Shown piece after piece: positions 17,437 through 27,075 of a DNA stretch of 64,000 nt. The position numbers and the translations under genes are program-made. Below the pieces are notes generated by a model. It did no database searches. It worked only from the letters and a program-made list of their open reading frames with translations, and was not told the DNA's origin. Positions within the stretch are counted from its first letter, which is position 1. Each line of letters opens with the position of its first letter. Source of the stretch: an uncultured archaeon (lineage in GTDB: Archaea; Asgardarchaeota; Lokiarchaeia; Sigyniarchaeales; SOKP01); the NCBI GenBank assembly GCA_964508365.1, contig CAZDTP010000003.1, positions 56,092 through 120,091 of the forward strand, given 5' to 3'.

Positions 17437-17907
17437 TTGCGATTAGGTGAATCTATCATCGGAAATAAAATGTCAGAAGAGGATTTAAAAAAAAAAATCC
17501 GAGATTTTTTAGATAAAAGAAAGATACTCGTACTTTGTACTTGTTCGGATAACACGCCTCGCGCAACACCTATGGATTTTTACATGGATAAGAAATCTAA
17601 TGATTTTAATATATATGTAGGACCTGCTCCTGGGAGAAAGGTAAAAAACATCGAAGAAAATCCAAATGTCAGTATTGGGATATATACACCAATGAACACT
17701 GGTAAAATACAGGGCATGCAAATTACAGCATCCGGGAAAGAAAGACTGATTTTTTTGAGGGAAGGGGACAAAGATTTTGATGAAGCTCAAAAAATAGTGC
17801 GGGGAAAGAGAAAGCTCCTCTTGAAGATCATTCCAGAGAAAATCGAATTACTAGATTATGATTTCATTAAAAAAGGGTATTCAAGACTTCAATATTTAGA
17901 ATTATAG
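17437..17907 (+). CDS. Pyridoxamine 5'-phosphate oxidase-like FMN-binding split-barrel protein (likely start MSEEDL)
   Basis: LCTCSDNTPRATPM, RKVKNIEENPNVSI. Confidence 0.75.
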   Translation: MRLGESIIGNKMSEEDLKKKIRDFLDKRKILVLCTCSDNTPRATPMDFYMDKKSNDFNIYVGPAPGRKVKNIEENPNVSIGIYTPMNTGKIQGMQITASGKERLIFLREGDKDFDEAQKIVRGKRKLLLKIIPEKIELLDYDFIKKGYSRLQYLEL

Positions 17908-17920
17908 TAAATTTAAAATC

Positions 17921-18211
17921 TTAGATACTGAAATTACAAGAGAACTGAAATTAGAAGGAATAGCTAGAAATTTAATAAGAAATATTAATAACCACAGAAA
18001 GAAAATGAGATTATCAACGAAAAACAGAATAAGATTATATTTAAATGCTGAAGACGATGAGATTTTAGCATCAATATCTAAGTATCAAAATTACATCAAA
18101 AAAATGGTACAAGCAGATATAATTTTTGATAAATTAGATAATAACAGAGAGATAAAGATATTTAAAGTAAACCAGAGCGAAGTTTCAACCTATCTCGAGG
18201 TAATAACTTAA
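17921..18211 (+). pseudogene. ileS: Orphan C-terminal fragment resembling the isoleucyl-tRNA synthetase tail
   Basis: Frame open upstream of the ATG at 18005: LDTEITRELKLEGIARNLIRNINNHRKKMRLSTKNRI matches IleRS LDT.IT.EL..EG.AR...R.IQ..RK; in-frame TAG at 17897, no catalytic domain. Confidence 0.6.
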
Positions 18212-18313
18212 TATTACTTATTTATTTTTGAAATTTAAGAAGTGAACATAAAGAAAGAAGAAAGAAATAATATTAGTTCTTAGATGTTATTTTTTAAAAG
18301 TTAATTTTTGGAA

Positions 18314-18622
18314 CTACTTTTTTAACATCAGCTTTATTGCTTCATCAGCATCCATAAGTAACTCCATTGTGTATGTAACTCCTTCTACCGAAGCATAAAA
18401 ACTAAATCTTTTAGAAAGAGCAGTAAAACCTTCAACAATTTTATCATCCGGGCATTCATATATAGCGTAAGTTTTATGTCTATCATCAGTTACTTGTGCT
18501 GCCCAAGCTCCTACTTTCTTTAAATAATCAGGATAAACTGGTTTATTTGAAGACATATAGTTTTTTATTACTTCATTAATTTTATGAGGAGGGTATTTAG
18601 ATATCATCATTATTTTAGCCAT
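18314..18622 (-). CDS. Small hypothetical protein (possibly DUF3303-like)
   Basis: ORF with plausible composition; family guess only. Confidence 0.45.
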   Translation of the reverse strand: MAKIMMISKYPPHKINEVIKNYMSSNKPVYPDYLKKVGAWAAQVTDDRHKTYAIYECPDDKIVEGFTALSKRFSFYASVEGVTYTMELLMDADEAIKLMLKK

Positions 18623-18820
18623 ACAATTTTCACCATTTTACCTATTTTTTAATTTTGGATTAGAAATGTTAAGAAATAGTATGAAATTTCTCTATAAAAA
18701 CTTTTACAATTTAGTAAAATAAAAACTCTCAAGTTTTATTATACCACCTTTCAAATTTGATTTCCTTAATTTAGAAGAAAAGATTTTAGGAAATCATTAA
18801 TTGTACTAATTAAATATCAG

Positions 18821-21808
18821 ATGATCATCAACACCAAGCTTTTGATTAATATGTTATCCGATGAAGATAGAAAGCAATTAAAAGGCGCTAATAACGATAA
18901 AGAGCTTAAAAAAATATTCAAATTAATCGCATCAAATAATCCCGACGAATTCTTTCCAACCGAGGAACTGAAACATTTGGGTTACATTAGAAGGCAATGT
19001 GAATGTTGCGGTGTTTATTTCTGGACCACCATCAATGAAAGAAAGGTATGTGGAGATCCTGTTTGTTCTGGGGGATTTCAAGTCACTATTAATAATCCTG
19101 CGAAAGTAAAGCTCTCCTATATTGGTGTATGGAAAAAAATTGTTGAGATACTAGAGCCTCGGGGGTACGTCCCTATTAAAAGATACCCCTGCGTAGCAAG
19201 ATGGAACCCTACTTCAGAATTCACTATAGCATCAATTTCTGCTTTTCAACCTTATGTTATTACGGGTGAAGTTGAACCACCTGCAAAAAAATTAATAATA
19301 CCTCAATTCTGTTTAAGATTTAATGATATTGAAAATGTAGGAGTAACTTCAAGCCACAACACTGGCTTCGTAATGATAGGGCAGCATTTTTTTGGTACAT
19401 CTTTAGAGTGGAATCAAGGAGAATTCTTTTTAGACATTCATGCTTTTATCCACGAAGGTGTAGGTTTACCAAAGGAAGAAATCACGATTCACGAAGACAG
19501 CTGGGCAGGAGGTGGCTCCTTTGGATGTAGTCTTGAATTTTTTAGTCGAGGAGTCGAATTGTTCAATCAAGTGTATACTATGTTTGAGCAAACTCCAGAT
19601 GGCCCTCGAGAATTGAGTTTAAAAGTTTTAGATATGGGGCTAGGTCAAGAACGTGTAGCATGGTTCTCCCAAGGAACTCCAAACATTTACGAAGCAACAT
19701 TTCCATTTGTGATCTCTAAATTAAAAGACATTACCAAAGTTAAAACACATTTTGAGTTATATAATAAATTTTCGAGATACTCTGCTTATTTAAACATAGA
19801 TGAAGTAGACGACATGGATGCAGCCTGGGAGAAAGTAGGAATAGAGCTTAATATAGATGTAAATGAGTTGAAAGAAAAGATTTTACCTATGACAGCGATA
19901 TACTCTATTGCTGACCATGCTAGGACTTTACTATTTGCAATAAACGATGGAAAACTACCCTCAAATGTTGGGGGAGGATACAACCTAAGAGTTATATTAA
20001 GACGCGCTTTAAGTTTTATCGATAAATTTGGTTGGGATATCGAAATTTCTGATGTTTGTAATTGGCATGCGAAAGAACTGAAAGAACTATTTCCGGAAGT
20101 TTCTGAACGGTTAGATGAAATAAAGAAGATTTTGAGCGTTGAAAAAGAGAAGTTTTATACTACAAAACGAAAAGCGAGTAAAATGCTAGAAAAATTACTT
20201 GCTGAAGGAGATATTTCTACCGAAACATTGATAGAAATTTATGATTCAAGAGGCATAAATCCAGAGATGGTTAAAGAAATGGCGACAAAATTTGGCAAAA
20301 AAATCAAAATTCCTGACAATTTTTATAGTCTAGTAGTAGAAAGACACGAAAATAGAGAAAAAATCGACGCTATATTAGACGAAATCAAATTAGACTTAAA
20401 TAATGTTTTAGAAACCAAATCTCTTTACTATTACAATTATACTGAGACATCTAACAATGCTAAAGTATTAAAACTAATTGGAAATAATGTAATCCTTGAT
20501 CAATCCGTTGCTTATCCAACATCCGGTGGGCAGGAACATGATGTTGGAACTATTAATGGTCAAAAATTCAATAATGTGTTTAAACAGGGTACTCACGTTA
20601 TTCATGTTTTATCTGAAAAACCTAAATTCAAAGAAGGAGATATGGTTAAAGTTGAAGTTGATAAAAAGTGGCGCACACAACTTTCTCAACATCATACTGC
20701 TACTCATATTGTAAATGCTGCAGCTCGTTTTGTATTGGGGGCCCATATTAATCAAGCTGGAGCGAAGAAGACTATGAAACATTCCACCTTGGATATTACT
20801 CATTACGAACAGATTTCTCGAGAAGATCTGTTAAAAATAGAAAAAAAAGCAAATGAAATAGTTGACAATGCAATTGATATGAAACTCTTTTTTATACCCC
20901 GTTCTGAGGCTGAACAGAAATATGGTATGGCAATTTACCAAGGAGGTGCTGTTCCTGGAAAAAGCATTAGAATCGTTGAGATTCCAGATGTGGATGTAGA
21001 AGCTTGTGGTGGTACGCATTTGAATAATACTTCAGAGACAGGGAGAATTAAAATAATTAAATCACAAAAAATACAAGACGGAATTGTCAGATTAACATTT
21101 ACAGCAGGCTCAGCGACTAAGGAACTTGAAGGAGAGGAATCTCGAATCTTGGATCAATTAAAAACTTTATTGGATGTTCCACAGAATCAAATTGTTGGAC
21201 GAGTTGAAGAGTTATTAGAAAAGTGGAAAAATTTAAACAAATCACTACAAACTGGAAAAGTAAATGAAAAAGATCTAACGCTTAAATCAGAGCTTATACA
21301 CGAAACGAAGATTTTAACAGAATTATCGAGAATTTTAAACACAAAAAAAGAAGATATTCCTCTAAAAGTAAATAAAATCTATTCTGAATGGAAAAATGCC
21401 AAATCTAAATTAAAAGATATAGAAGATTTGTATAACAAAGAATCCATTAAGCTCCTTGTCGAATCAGCAATTCCTTTGATGGACACAAAAATGATTCTTA
21501 AAACCTTCGATAATCTTTCTTTAAAAGATATTAAAAATCTTAGCGTGAATATTCTCCATATGTCTGAGGAATTAAGCACAATTATTATAAACAAAGATGA
21601 GAAGGGAATAAAAGTTATTGGAATGGTTGGTAAAGAACTTTTGAAAAAATCTGATTTCAACATGGGTAGTCTTGTTAAAAAAATCGCTTCAAAATACGGT
21701 GGCAAGGGCGGCGGTAAGAAAGATTATGGTCAAGTTTTTATCGGAGACATAGGTTTAGAAGTTGAAGAATTATTAAATTTTGTAAGAAAGATTTTATCGA
21801 ATTATTAG
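18821..21808 (+). CDS. alaS: Alanine--tRNA ligase, archaeal type (start possibly at second Met, 18851)
   Basis: N-terminal C..C..YFWT...CGD..C, YPCVARW...FTIASI, DMGLGQERVAW, IADHARTL, HHTATHIV, EACGGTH editing motif, GGKGGG DHHA1 tail. Confidence 0.96.
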   Translation: MIINTKLLINMLSDEDRKQLKGANNDKELKKIFKLIASNNPDEFFPTEELKHLGYIRRQCECCGVYFWTTINERKVCGDPVCSGGFQVTINNPAKVKLSYIGVWKKIVEILEPRGYVPIKRYPCVARWNPTSEFTIASISAFQPYVITGEVEPPAKKLIIPQFCLRFNDIENVGVTSSHNTGFVMIGQHFFGTSLEWNQGEFFLDIHAFIHEGVGLPKEEITIHEDSWAGGGSFGCSLEFFSRGVELFNQVYTMFEQTPDGPRELSLKVLDMGLGQERVAWFSQGTPNIYEATFPFVISKLKDITKVKTHFELYNKFSRYSAYLNIDEVDDMDAAWEKVGIELNIDVNELKEKILPMTAIYSIADHARTLLFAINDGKLPSNVGGGYNLRVILRRALSFIDKFGWDIEISDVCNWHAKELKELFPEVSERLDEIKKILSVEKEKFYTTKRKASKMLEKLLAEGDISTETLIEIYDSRGINPEMVKEMATKFGKKIKIPDNFYSLVVERHENREKIDAILDEIKLDLNNVLETKSLYYYNYTETSNNAKVLKLIGNNVILDQSVAYPTSGGQEHDVGTINGQKFNNVFKQGTHVIHVLSEKPKFKEGDMVKVEVDKKWRTQLSQHHTATHIVNAAARFVLGAHINQAGAKKTMKHSTLDITHYEQISREDLLKIEKKANEIVDNAIDMKLFFIPRSEAEQKYGMAIYQGGAVPGKSIRIVEIPDVDVEACGGTHLNNTSETGRIKIIKSQKIQDGIVRLTFTAGSATKELEGEESRILDQLKTLLDVPQNQIVGRVEELLEKWKNLNKSLQTGKVNEKDLTLKSELIHETKILTELSRILNTKKEDIPLKVNKIYSEWKNAKSKLKDIEDLYNKESIKLLVESAIPLMDTKMILKTFDNLSLKDIKNLSVNILHMSEELSTIIINKDEKGIKVIGMVGKELLKKSDFNMGSLVKKIASKYGGKGGGKKDYGQVFIGDIGLEVEELLNFVRKILSNY

Positions 21809-21968
21809 TATCCGAATATATATTTAAAAAATTTCTTTACAAAATCTGCTTTTTTTTAGATTAGGATATCTTTCTGAACTATATAGAATCTATATATTAT
21901 GTCGAAATTATTTAAATAAGAACGAAATCTCTTATAATATAAGAAAAAACGAAGAAATTAGATGAACT

Positions 21969-22130
21969 ATGTTTGAAGAAATCTTAGATGAAATGAACGA
22001 AAAGGTAGAAGATCATCCAGAACTCAAGAGGAATTATACGGAAACACCTTTTGAAAAATCAATTGATATTATTCTGGATCAGATTAATTTAGATATAGTT
22101 AAAATCTTAAGATATAACAGAATTGAATAG
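21969..22130 (+). CDS. Small hypothetical protein, 53 aa (not in ORF track)
   Basis: MFEEILDEMNEKVEDHPELKRNYTETPFEKSIDIILDQINLDIVKILRYNRIE*; amphipathic; 11 nt from the next small ORF. Confidence 0.4.
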   Translation: MFEEILDEMNEKVEDHPELKRNYTETPFEKSIDIILDQINLDIVKILRYNRIE

Positions 22131-22141
22131 TGAAATTTAAT

Positions 22142-22303
22142 ATGAAGTTAGTATATCAAGAATTTATATGTCCTGAATGTGGCCAAGTTAGATGGCTAAA
22201 AGTTGAAAATATGTGCGTAGATTGTAAAGATAAGCTGTTTTTAGATGAAGTGTCTCAATCTAGAAAAGAGCAACATGTTTTTAACGAGCAAATATGTTTT
22301 TAA
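22142..22303 (+). CDS. CPxCG-type small zinc-finger protein, 53 aa (not in ORF track)
   Basis: MKLVYQEFICPECGQVRWLKVENMCVDCKDKLFLDEV... Confidence 0.55.
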   Translation: MKLVYQEFICPECGQVRWLKVENMCVDCKDKLFLDEVSQSRKEQHVFNEQICF

Positions 22304-22480
22304 AAAAAAGGTAGAAACTTACCTTAATAACTTAATTTTTTAATTTAAGATTTTTTATTTAGAATTTATTAGATTGGTTTTCTTAGAATTTAATTAAATT
22401 CATTAATATTGTTAAAATTTTATATACATTAAAACACCTTATATATATAATAGTTTGTTAAGAGATGGAGATGAGAGATT

Positions 22481-23287
22481 TTGGTTGAAATTGTTCATAT
22501 TTCTGACTTACATTATGGTAGCGAGTTTGTTAGTGAGTATCTTGAAAATATTATAAGTTTTATCAGGGACGAAAAGCCAGATGTGGTAGTGTGTACTGGG
22601 GATTTAGTTCATAAAGGGAGAGTTACTCAATTTCAAGCGATTCTTCCTTATATTCAGAGAATAAGGAGTATCACCAAATTTTTAGTAGTGCCAGGTAACC
22701 ACGATGCGAAAAATTCAGGTATAATTTACTTCGAGAAAATAATTGGGCCTCGACGCTCCAGATTAGTAATGGATGAATTGGACACCATAATTGTTGGAGT
22801 CTGCTCAGCGAGGGATGACATGAGCGAAGGAATGATTGGGGACGAACAGCTAGACTACCTCGGCAGGAGCTTCAATAAAAACTTAGAAAATAGGATAATG
22901 GCACTTCACCATCACTTAATACCTGTACCTCTTTCAGGGCAAAAATTCACAACAGTGAGAGATGCGGGAGAAATTCTCGAGTTTACCCAACTATTCGAAC
23001 TAGATTTGGTTTTAATGGGACATAGACACGTTCCACATGCTTATGTAATCGGACCAACAACATTCCTCTACTGTGGCACATCTGCTTCTAATAAAGTGAG
23101 AGCAGACGATAGTCCTAGCTTCAATCACATTTTTTTAAATGAGGGTGATATCGAAGTCTATATGGTTAATTCAACAAATCTCGAAAAACACCTACTACTG
23201 GAACGAAAATTAAGTCGTACTAAATTTGTTAGACCACGAAGAACGCGAATAGAGCATCTATTAAGCTCTGATGTATGGGATGATTAA
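22481..23287 (+). CDS. Calcineurin-like metallophosphoesterase (CpdA/Icc-like)
   Basis: HISDLH, TGDL, PGNHD, LHHH, GHRH. Confidence 0.9.
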   Translation: MVEIVHISDLHYGSEFVSEYLENIISFIRDEKPDVVVCTGDLVHKGRVTQFQAILPYIQRIRSITKFLVVPGNHDAKNSGIIYFEKIIGPRRSRLVMDELDTIIVGVCSARDDMSEGMIGDEQLDYLGRSFNKNLENRIMALHHHLIPVPLSGQKFTTVRDAGEILEFTQLFELDLVLMGHRHVPHAYVIGPTTFLYCGTSASNKVRADDSPSFNHIFLNEGDIEVYMVNSTNLEKHLLLERKLSRTKFVRPRRTRIEHLLSSDVWDD

Positions 23288-23289
23288 AA

Positions 23290-23709
23290 ATGGCAAGACC
23301 TATAACTCCAATAGTGGCTGTTGATGCGGTTATAAGATTTAAAAAAACTTCGATAGTGCTAATTCGGAGGAAAAATCCCCCCTTTAAAGGAGAGTTCGCT
23401 TTACCTGGAGGATTTGTTGATGTTGGAGAGAGCGTCGAGGACGCGTGTATTAGAGAAGCTTATGAAGAAACAAATATTAAGGTAAAAATTAAAAAACTGA
23501 TTGGTGTTTTTTCAGCACCCAATAGAGATCCTAGAGGACATACCATATCAGTAGCTTATTTATGTGAACCATTAACAAATTCAGAGAAGCCAATGGCCAA
23601 AGACGATGCTCAGTCTTTAAAAATTGTAAAATTAACAGATATTTCATCTTTAAAACTAGCGTTTGATCATAAAGATATCATAAATGCGTCAGGTATTATT
23701 AAGATTTAG
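23290..23709 (+). CDS. NUDIX hydrolase (ADP-ribose pyrophosphatase-like)
   Basis: LPGGFVDVGESVEDACIREAYEET Nudix box; RDPRGH. Confidence 0.92.
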   Translation: MARPITPIVAVDAVIRFKKTSIVLIRRKNPPFKGEFALPGGFVDVGESVEDACIREAYEETNIKVKIKKLIGVFSAPNRDPRGHTISVAYLCEPLTNSEKPMAKDDAQSLKIVKLTDISSLKLAFDHKDIINASGIIKI

Positions 23710-23724
23710 AAAGTATATTATCAT

Positions 23725-24498
23725 TTAATCGAAAATCTTTTTATAACACTCGCAACAAGGAATTCCAAGACTAATTTTATTGGAGTAATCAACTCTTATT
23801 TCCTCAATATTATTAACTAATCTGATTAGGCTCTCTTTAAATTTCAATACTTCGGGATCCAAAATATTTTTATATATATTTTTTAATCCAACATTGTTAT
23901 GAATTCTCTTTTTGCAAATGGGGCATCGATCAAAGAAATTTTTTAACCTTATCAATTGCTCGTCTTCTTTATTAATAGTTAAACGAAAGTGAGATAAAGT
24001 GTGTCCTGGATGTAGTGTTATAATTAATTTCTTAAATATTTCCTCTAAATTTTCTTCTAGACTTAATAGCGAGGTGTGTTCGATATATACGAGGTCTTCC
24101 TCAGCTATCAAGTTATTAATCGCTTCTTCTGATACTTCCCTATTTGCTAAATTGGCTTTGATCCCAATTAAAATAATTGGAATATCATTCACATTCTCCT
24201 TAAAAAGAGTTATCCACCTATTTAAGTCGGAGAAAGTTTCTTTATTAGATATGTTAAAGCATAACAATCCTGTACAGGCACCTCGACAGAATACAGGAAA
24301 AAGAAACCTAAATCTTTTGCTATCTTTCAAATCCCAAATAATAAACTTATAGTTATCTTCCTCATTAACTTGACATTCCACAGATTTAAACGAAACACCA
24401 ATCGGGCTTCCGTTATTTCCATTATTATCAATAACGGTATTTTTACCCGAGTTAAATGATCCTCCTAAAACCAATTTTAACTTATAAGATTTGGGCAT
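23725..24498 (-). CDS. Degenerate Rab-like small GTPase fused to a C-terminal Cys-rich domain
   Basis: YKLKLVLGG...GK, IGVSF, FIIWD...RFR......RGA, PIILIG.K; C-terminal CPIC...CCEC. Confidence 0.7.
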   Translation of the reverse strand: MPKSYKLKLVLGGSFNSGKNTVIDNNGNNGSPIGVSFKSVECQVNEEDNYKFIIWDLKDSKRFRFLFPVFCRGACTGLLCFNISNKETFSDLNRWITLFKENVNDIPIILIGIKANLANREVSEEAINNLIAEEDLVYIEHTSLLSLEENLEEIFKKLIITLHPGHTLSHFRLTINKEDEQLIRLKNFFDRCPICKKRIHNNVGLKNIYKNILDPEVLKFKESLIRLVNNIEEIRVDYSNKISLGIPCCECYKKIFD

Positions 24499-24579
24499 TT
24501 TAACTATTCTCGTTAATTACTCGAGGACATATTATAAGGCTTCATGTTCTAATAAAAATCCACTCTAAAAAATATTACT

Positions 24580-24972
24580 CTATTTAATTTCAAATAAATT
24601 CCCATAAAAATCTTTTAAAAATAAGTAGAAACTATCACTATTTTTTCTAGGTACTTGAATCACTTCAAAATTTAATTCTTTCGCTCTTTCGATTAATTTA
24701 TTACGATCCTCAACGATTAAGCAAGTATGGGTAAATTTATCTTGTGCTTGATTTTTATCGTCAGTTATAAACGCTTCCACGCCCAAATCTTCATTTTCAT
24801 ATCTAAGAACCCTCTGTTCCTTCTTAATATTAAAAAATTTTTCCATTAAGTCATCAGATACTACAAAGGATCTAACTTTTTTCATATTTAAGAGATTAAT
24901 GAAAAATTCATCTGCCTTTTCTTCGCTATTTGAGCTTACTGCAATATGCTCTATTTTCAAAATTAATATCAC
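24580..24972 (-). CDS. VOC/glyoxalase family protein
   Basis: IEHIAV...ADEFF..LL.M; HTCL.V; FLKDFYGNLFEI. Confidence 0.75.
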   Translation of the reverse strand: MILILKIEHIAVSSNSEEKADEFFINLLNMKKVRSFVVSDDLMEKFFNIKKEQRVLRYENEDLGVEAFITDDKNQAQDKFTHTCLIVEDRNKLIERAKELNFEVIQVPRKNSDSFYLFLKDFYGNLFEIK

Positions 24973-25098
24973 TTATCTTTTTGAGTTTTTCTGAAATTTA
25001 TTAATGTATTACTTATCTTAAATGAAACTTTAATAATTTTTAGTGTTTAATATTTATTAATTTTAAATTGAGTAGCTAGAAAGTTAAGGGATTCTTGG

Positions 25099-25962
25099 AT
25101 GACTAATGTAACTTCAGAAATGTTTTTGAATAAACTATTTAGTGTTGTATACAAACTATATACTATTGCAAAAACACAATCCGAACGGCTTAAAAAGGAA
25201 TGGGATGAAGATTTCGCCTTATTAACTGAAAAACCTCATTTAGTTCGCTACATTCGAGCTGAAAAAGAACAATTTCTGACCAATATAGATTATCGTATTA
25301 AAATTCTAAACACTATAAAGTTATCGTTTGAGGATGGATTCTATTCTATAAAATCCATATTAAATGCTCTATATCATTCGTATTTTAAGGATTCAGAAAT
25401 CTTTACACAGAATTTTTTTGGAGAGGATCAAAATAAACTCAAGTACTTAGTGGCTAAAGAAATTTTGGGAAATTTAATTCAGTACAATCAACTTGATCAT
25501 GAAACTGTACCAGTAAAATATAATATCCTAGCAAGAAATTACTTATTAATTAAATTTAAAGAACAGAGCGCTAAAGATATCAATGAGAACCTAAAAAAAA
25601 TTAAAATAGCACTTAAACTCCCAGAATTAAAAAAAATCTTGAATGAGATAATTGCTGAAGGATTTTTAAAAAAAAAAAAGGTGGGCAAAATTATGTATTA
25701 CAGTTTAAAACAGGAATTAGAATTGTCGGAAAAAGGTAAAGCAACTTACAATCAAACTATACGACCATTAGTAGATTGGCCAACTTTGTTTTATCGTAGC
25801 TATTATAATATAAGAGAGTTAAATGTTACAGTGGATGACGATTCTAAGCATCCAGAGTTCCTCAATACAGTTTTACAAAAAGCAGCTACACAAGGTTATA
25901 CTGCTTGCCACTATGTCTTTAAAAATTTAGTAAAATATTACGAGAAATTAAAAGATGAGTAG
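25099..25962 (+). CDS. Hypothetical protein with possible winged-helix region
   Basis: Long intact ORF; SAKDINENL...ELKKILNEIIAEGFLKKKK..K.MYYSL resembles a wHTH. Confidence 0.5.
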   Translation: MTNVTSEMFLNKLFSVVYKLYTIAKTQSERLKKEWDEDFALLTEKPHLVRYIRAEKEQFLTNIDYRIKILNTIKLSFEDGFYSIKSILNALYHSYFKDSEIFTQNFFGEDQNKLKYLVAKEILGNLIQYNQLDHETVPVKYNILARNYLLIKFKEQSAKDINENLKKIKIALKLPELKKILNEIIAEGFLKKKKVGKIMYYSLKQELELSEKGKATYNQTIRPLVDWPTLFYRSYYNIRELNVTVDDDSKHPEFLNTVLQKAATQGYTACHYVFKNLVKYYEKLKDE

Positions 25963-25991
25963 TATTTTTCCGCTGTGAATATTAATCCTGC

Positions 25992-26903
25992 TTAAATTGT
26001 TGAAAAACTCCTTGTTTTCCTAACGGGAATATCAAACTTTTCAAGTAAAGGAATCAAGTGTTCTTTGTCTTTAGAATTAGTACCCTTCCAATCTACTATG
26101 AAGTAATCAATTTCTTCTAATGTGTTGTTGATCATCATTTTAATTAGGTTCTCGTTCAATACTTGGACATAATACTTCGGACAAATAAATGAAAGTGCAA
26201 TGTTATTATTGGTTATTAACCTATTAAAATTAGGAGCGTAGTGAGTACCACCGAACCCTAAACCAACTTTTTGATTTTTCTCCTTTTTAAAAATCAGATA
26301 TTTAAAAATAGAATTAACAATAGCATTCGCTACGAGTTGACCTGCTTCTTTAATTACCCATTCTTGCTTACTACTACCTAATTCTATAAAAATTAAAGGT
26401 ATTTCTAAATTCGTCGGTCCATGATGAGTTACTTCAATATCTAAGGAGAAACCAGTAAAATTTTCTATTACTATTTGTTCTCTTAAAGATTCAAAGTTGG
26501 CTTTATGAATTAAAGCACTCGTTTTTGATAACATTTGAGGTATTCCTCCAAAATCATTATTTCTACCCCAGTTCCCGGTTGTGTGAACCAAAAATGCGGG
26601 TCGCGCTGTTTTTGATGTATGCCTGCTTGCAAATAATAGGAGATCCGGTTTGATTTTTGATTTATCAAAATTTAAATTTTCCAAGAAAATCAATGGTTTT
26701 TCTGTTAAACCTAAATAAATTTGGTTGGTATTAAGAAGATTATTCAGATTACTCTGAGATATTACTTTTTTTAAATAAAATACCGGATTCTCATCCCATC
26801 TTGCATTTACCTCTTTAAAGGAATAGGAGTTAGAATTTAACAAATTTTCTCTCATATTCATAGATGCTGTGTCTTCTTTTGAAGTAATAATAAAGAATTG
26901 AAT
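25992..26903 (-). CDS. dtdA: Archaeal D-aminoacyl-tRNA deacylase (DTD2); N-terminus probably extends to an ATT at 26903
   Basis: FASRH.S....PA..VH..GN, EVTHHGPT, FIELGS, GFGGTHYAP; upstream in-frame FIITSKEDTASMN resembles the usual family N-terminus. Confidence 0.9.
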   Translation of the reverse strand: MQFFIITSKEDTASMNMRENLLNSNSYSFKEVNARWDENPVFYLKKVISQSNLNNLLNTNQIYLGLTEKPLIFLENLNFDKSKIKPDLLLFASRHTSKTARPAFLVHTTGNWGRNNDFGGIPQMLSKTSALIHKANFESLREQIVIENFTGFSLDIEVTHHGPTNLEIPLIFIELGSSKQEWVIKEAGQLVANAIVNSIFKYLIFKKEKNQKVGLGFGGTHYAPNFNRLITNNNIALSFICPKYYVQVLNENLIKMMINNTLEEIDYFIVDWKGTNSKDKEHLIPLLEKFDIPVRKTRSFSTI

Positions 26904-27075
26904 TAGGACTCACCTCTGAAAGAATTCGTAGTAATTATAAACATTATCATTATAAAATTCAAGTAAAAATGACTTAAATATTTATGATCTTAATTCTTTT
27001 ATTCGTTCAGAATGTAATATTAACCCAGATTTAATACTAAAAACCTTTTAAATAAAAATCGTATTAAAACATTTA

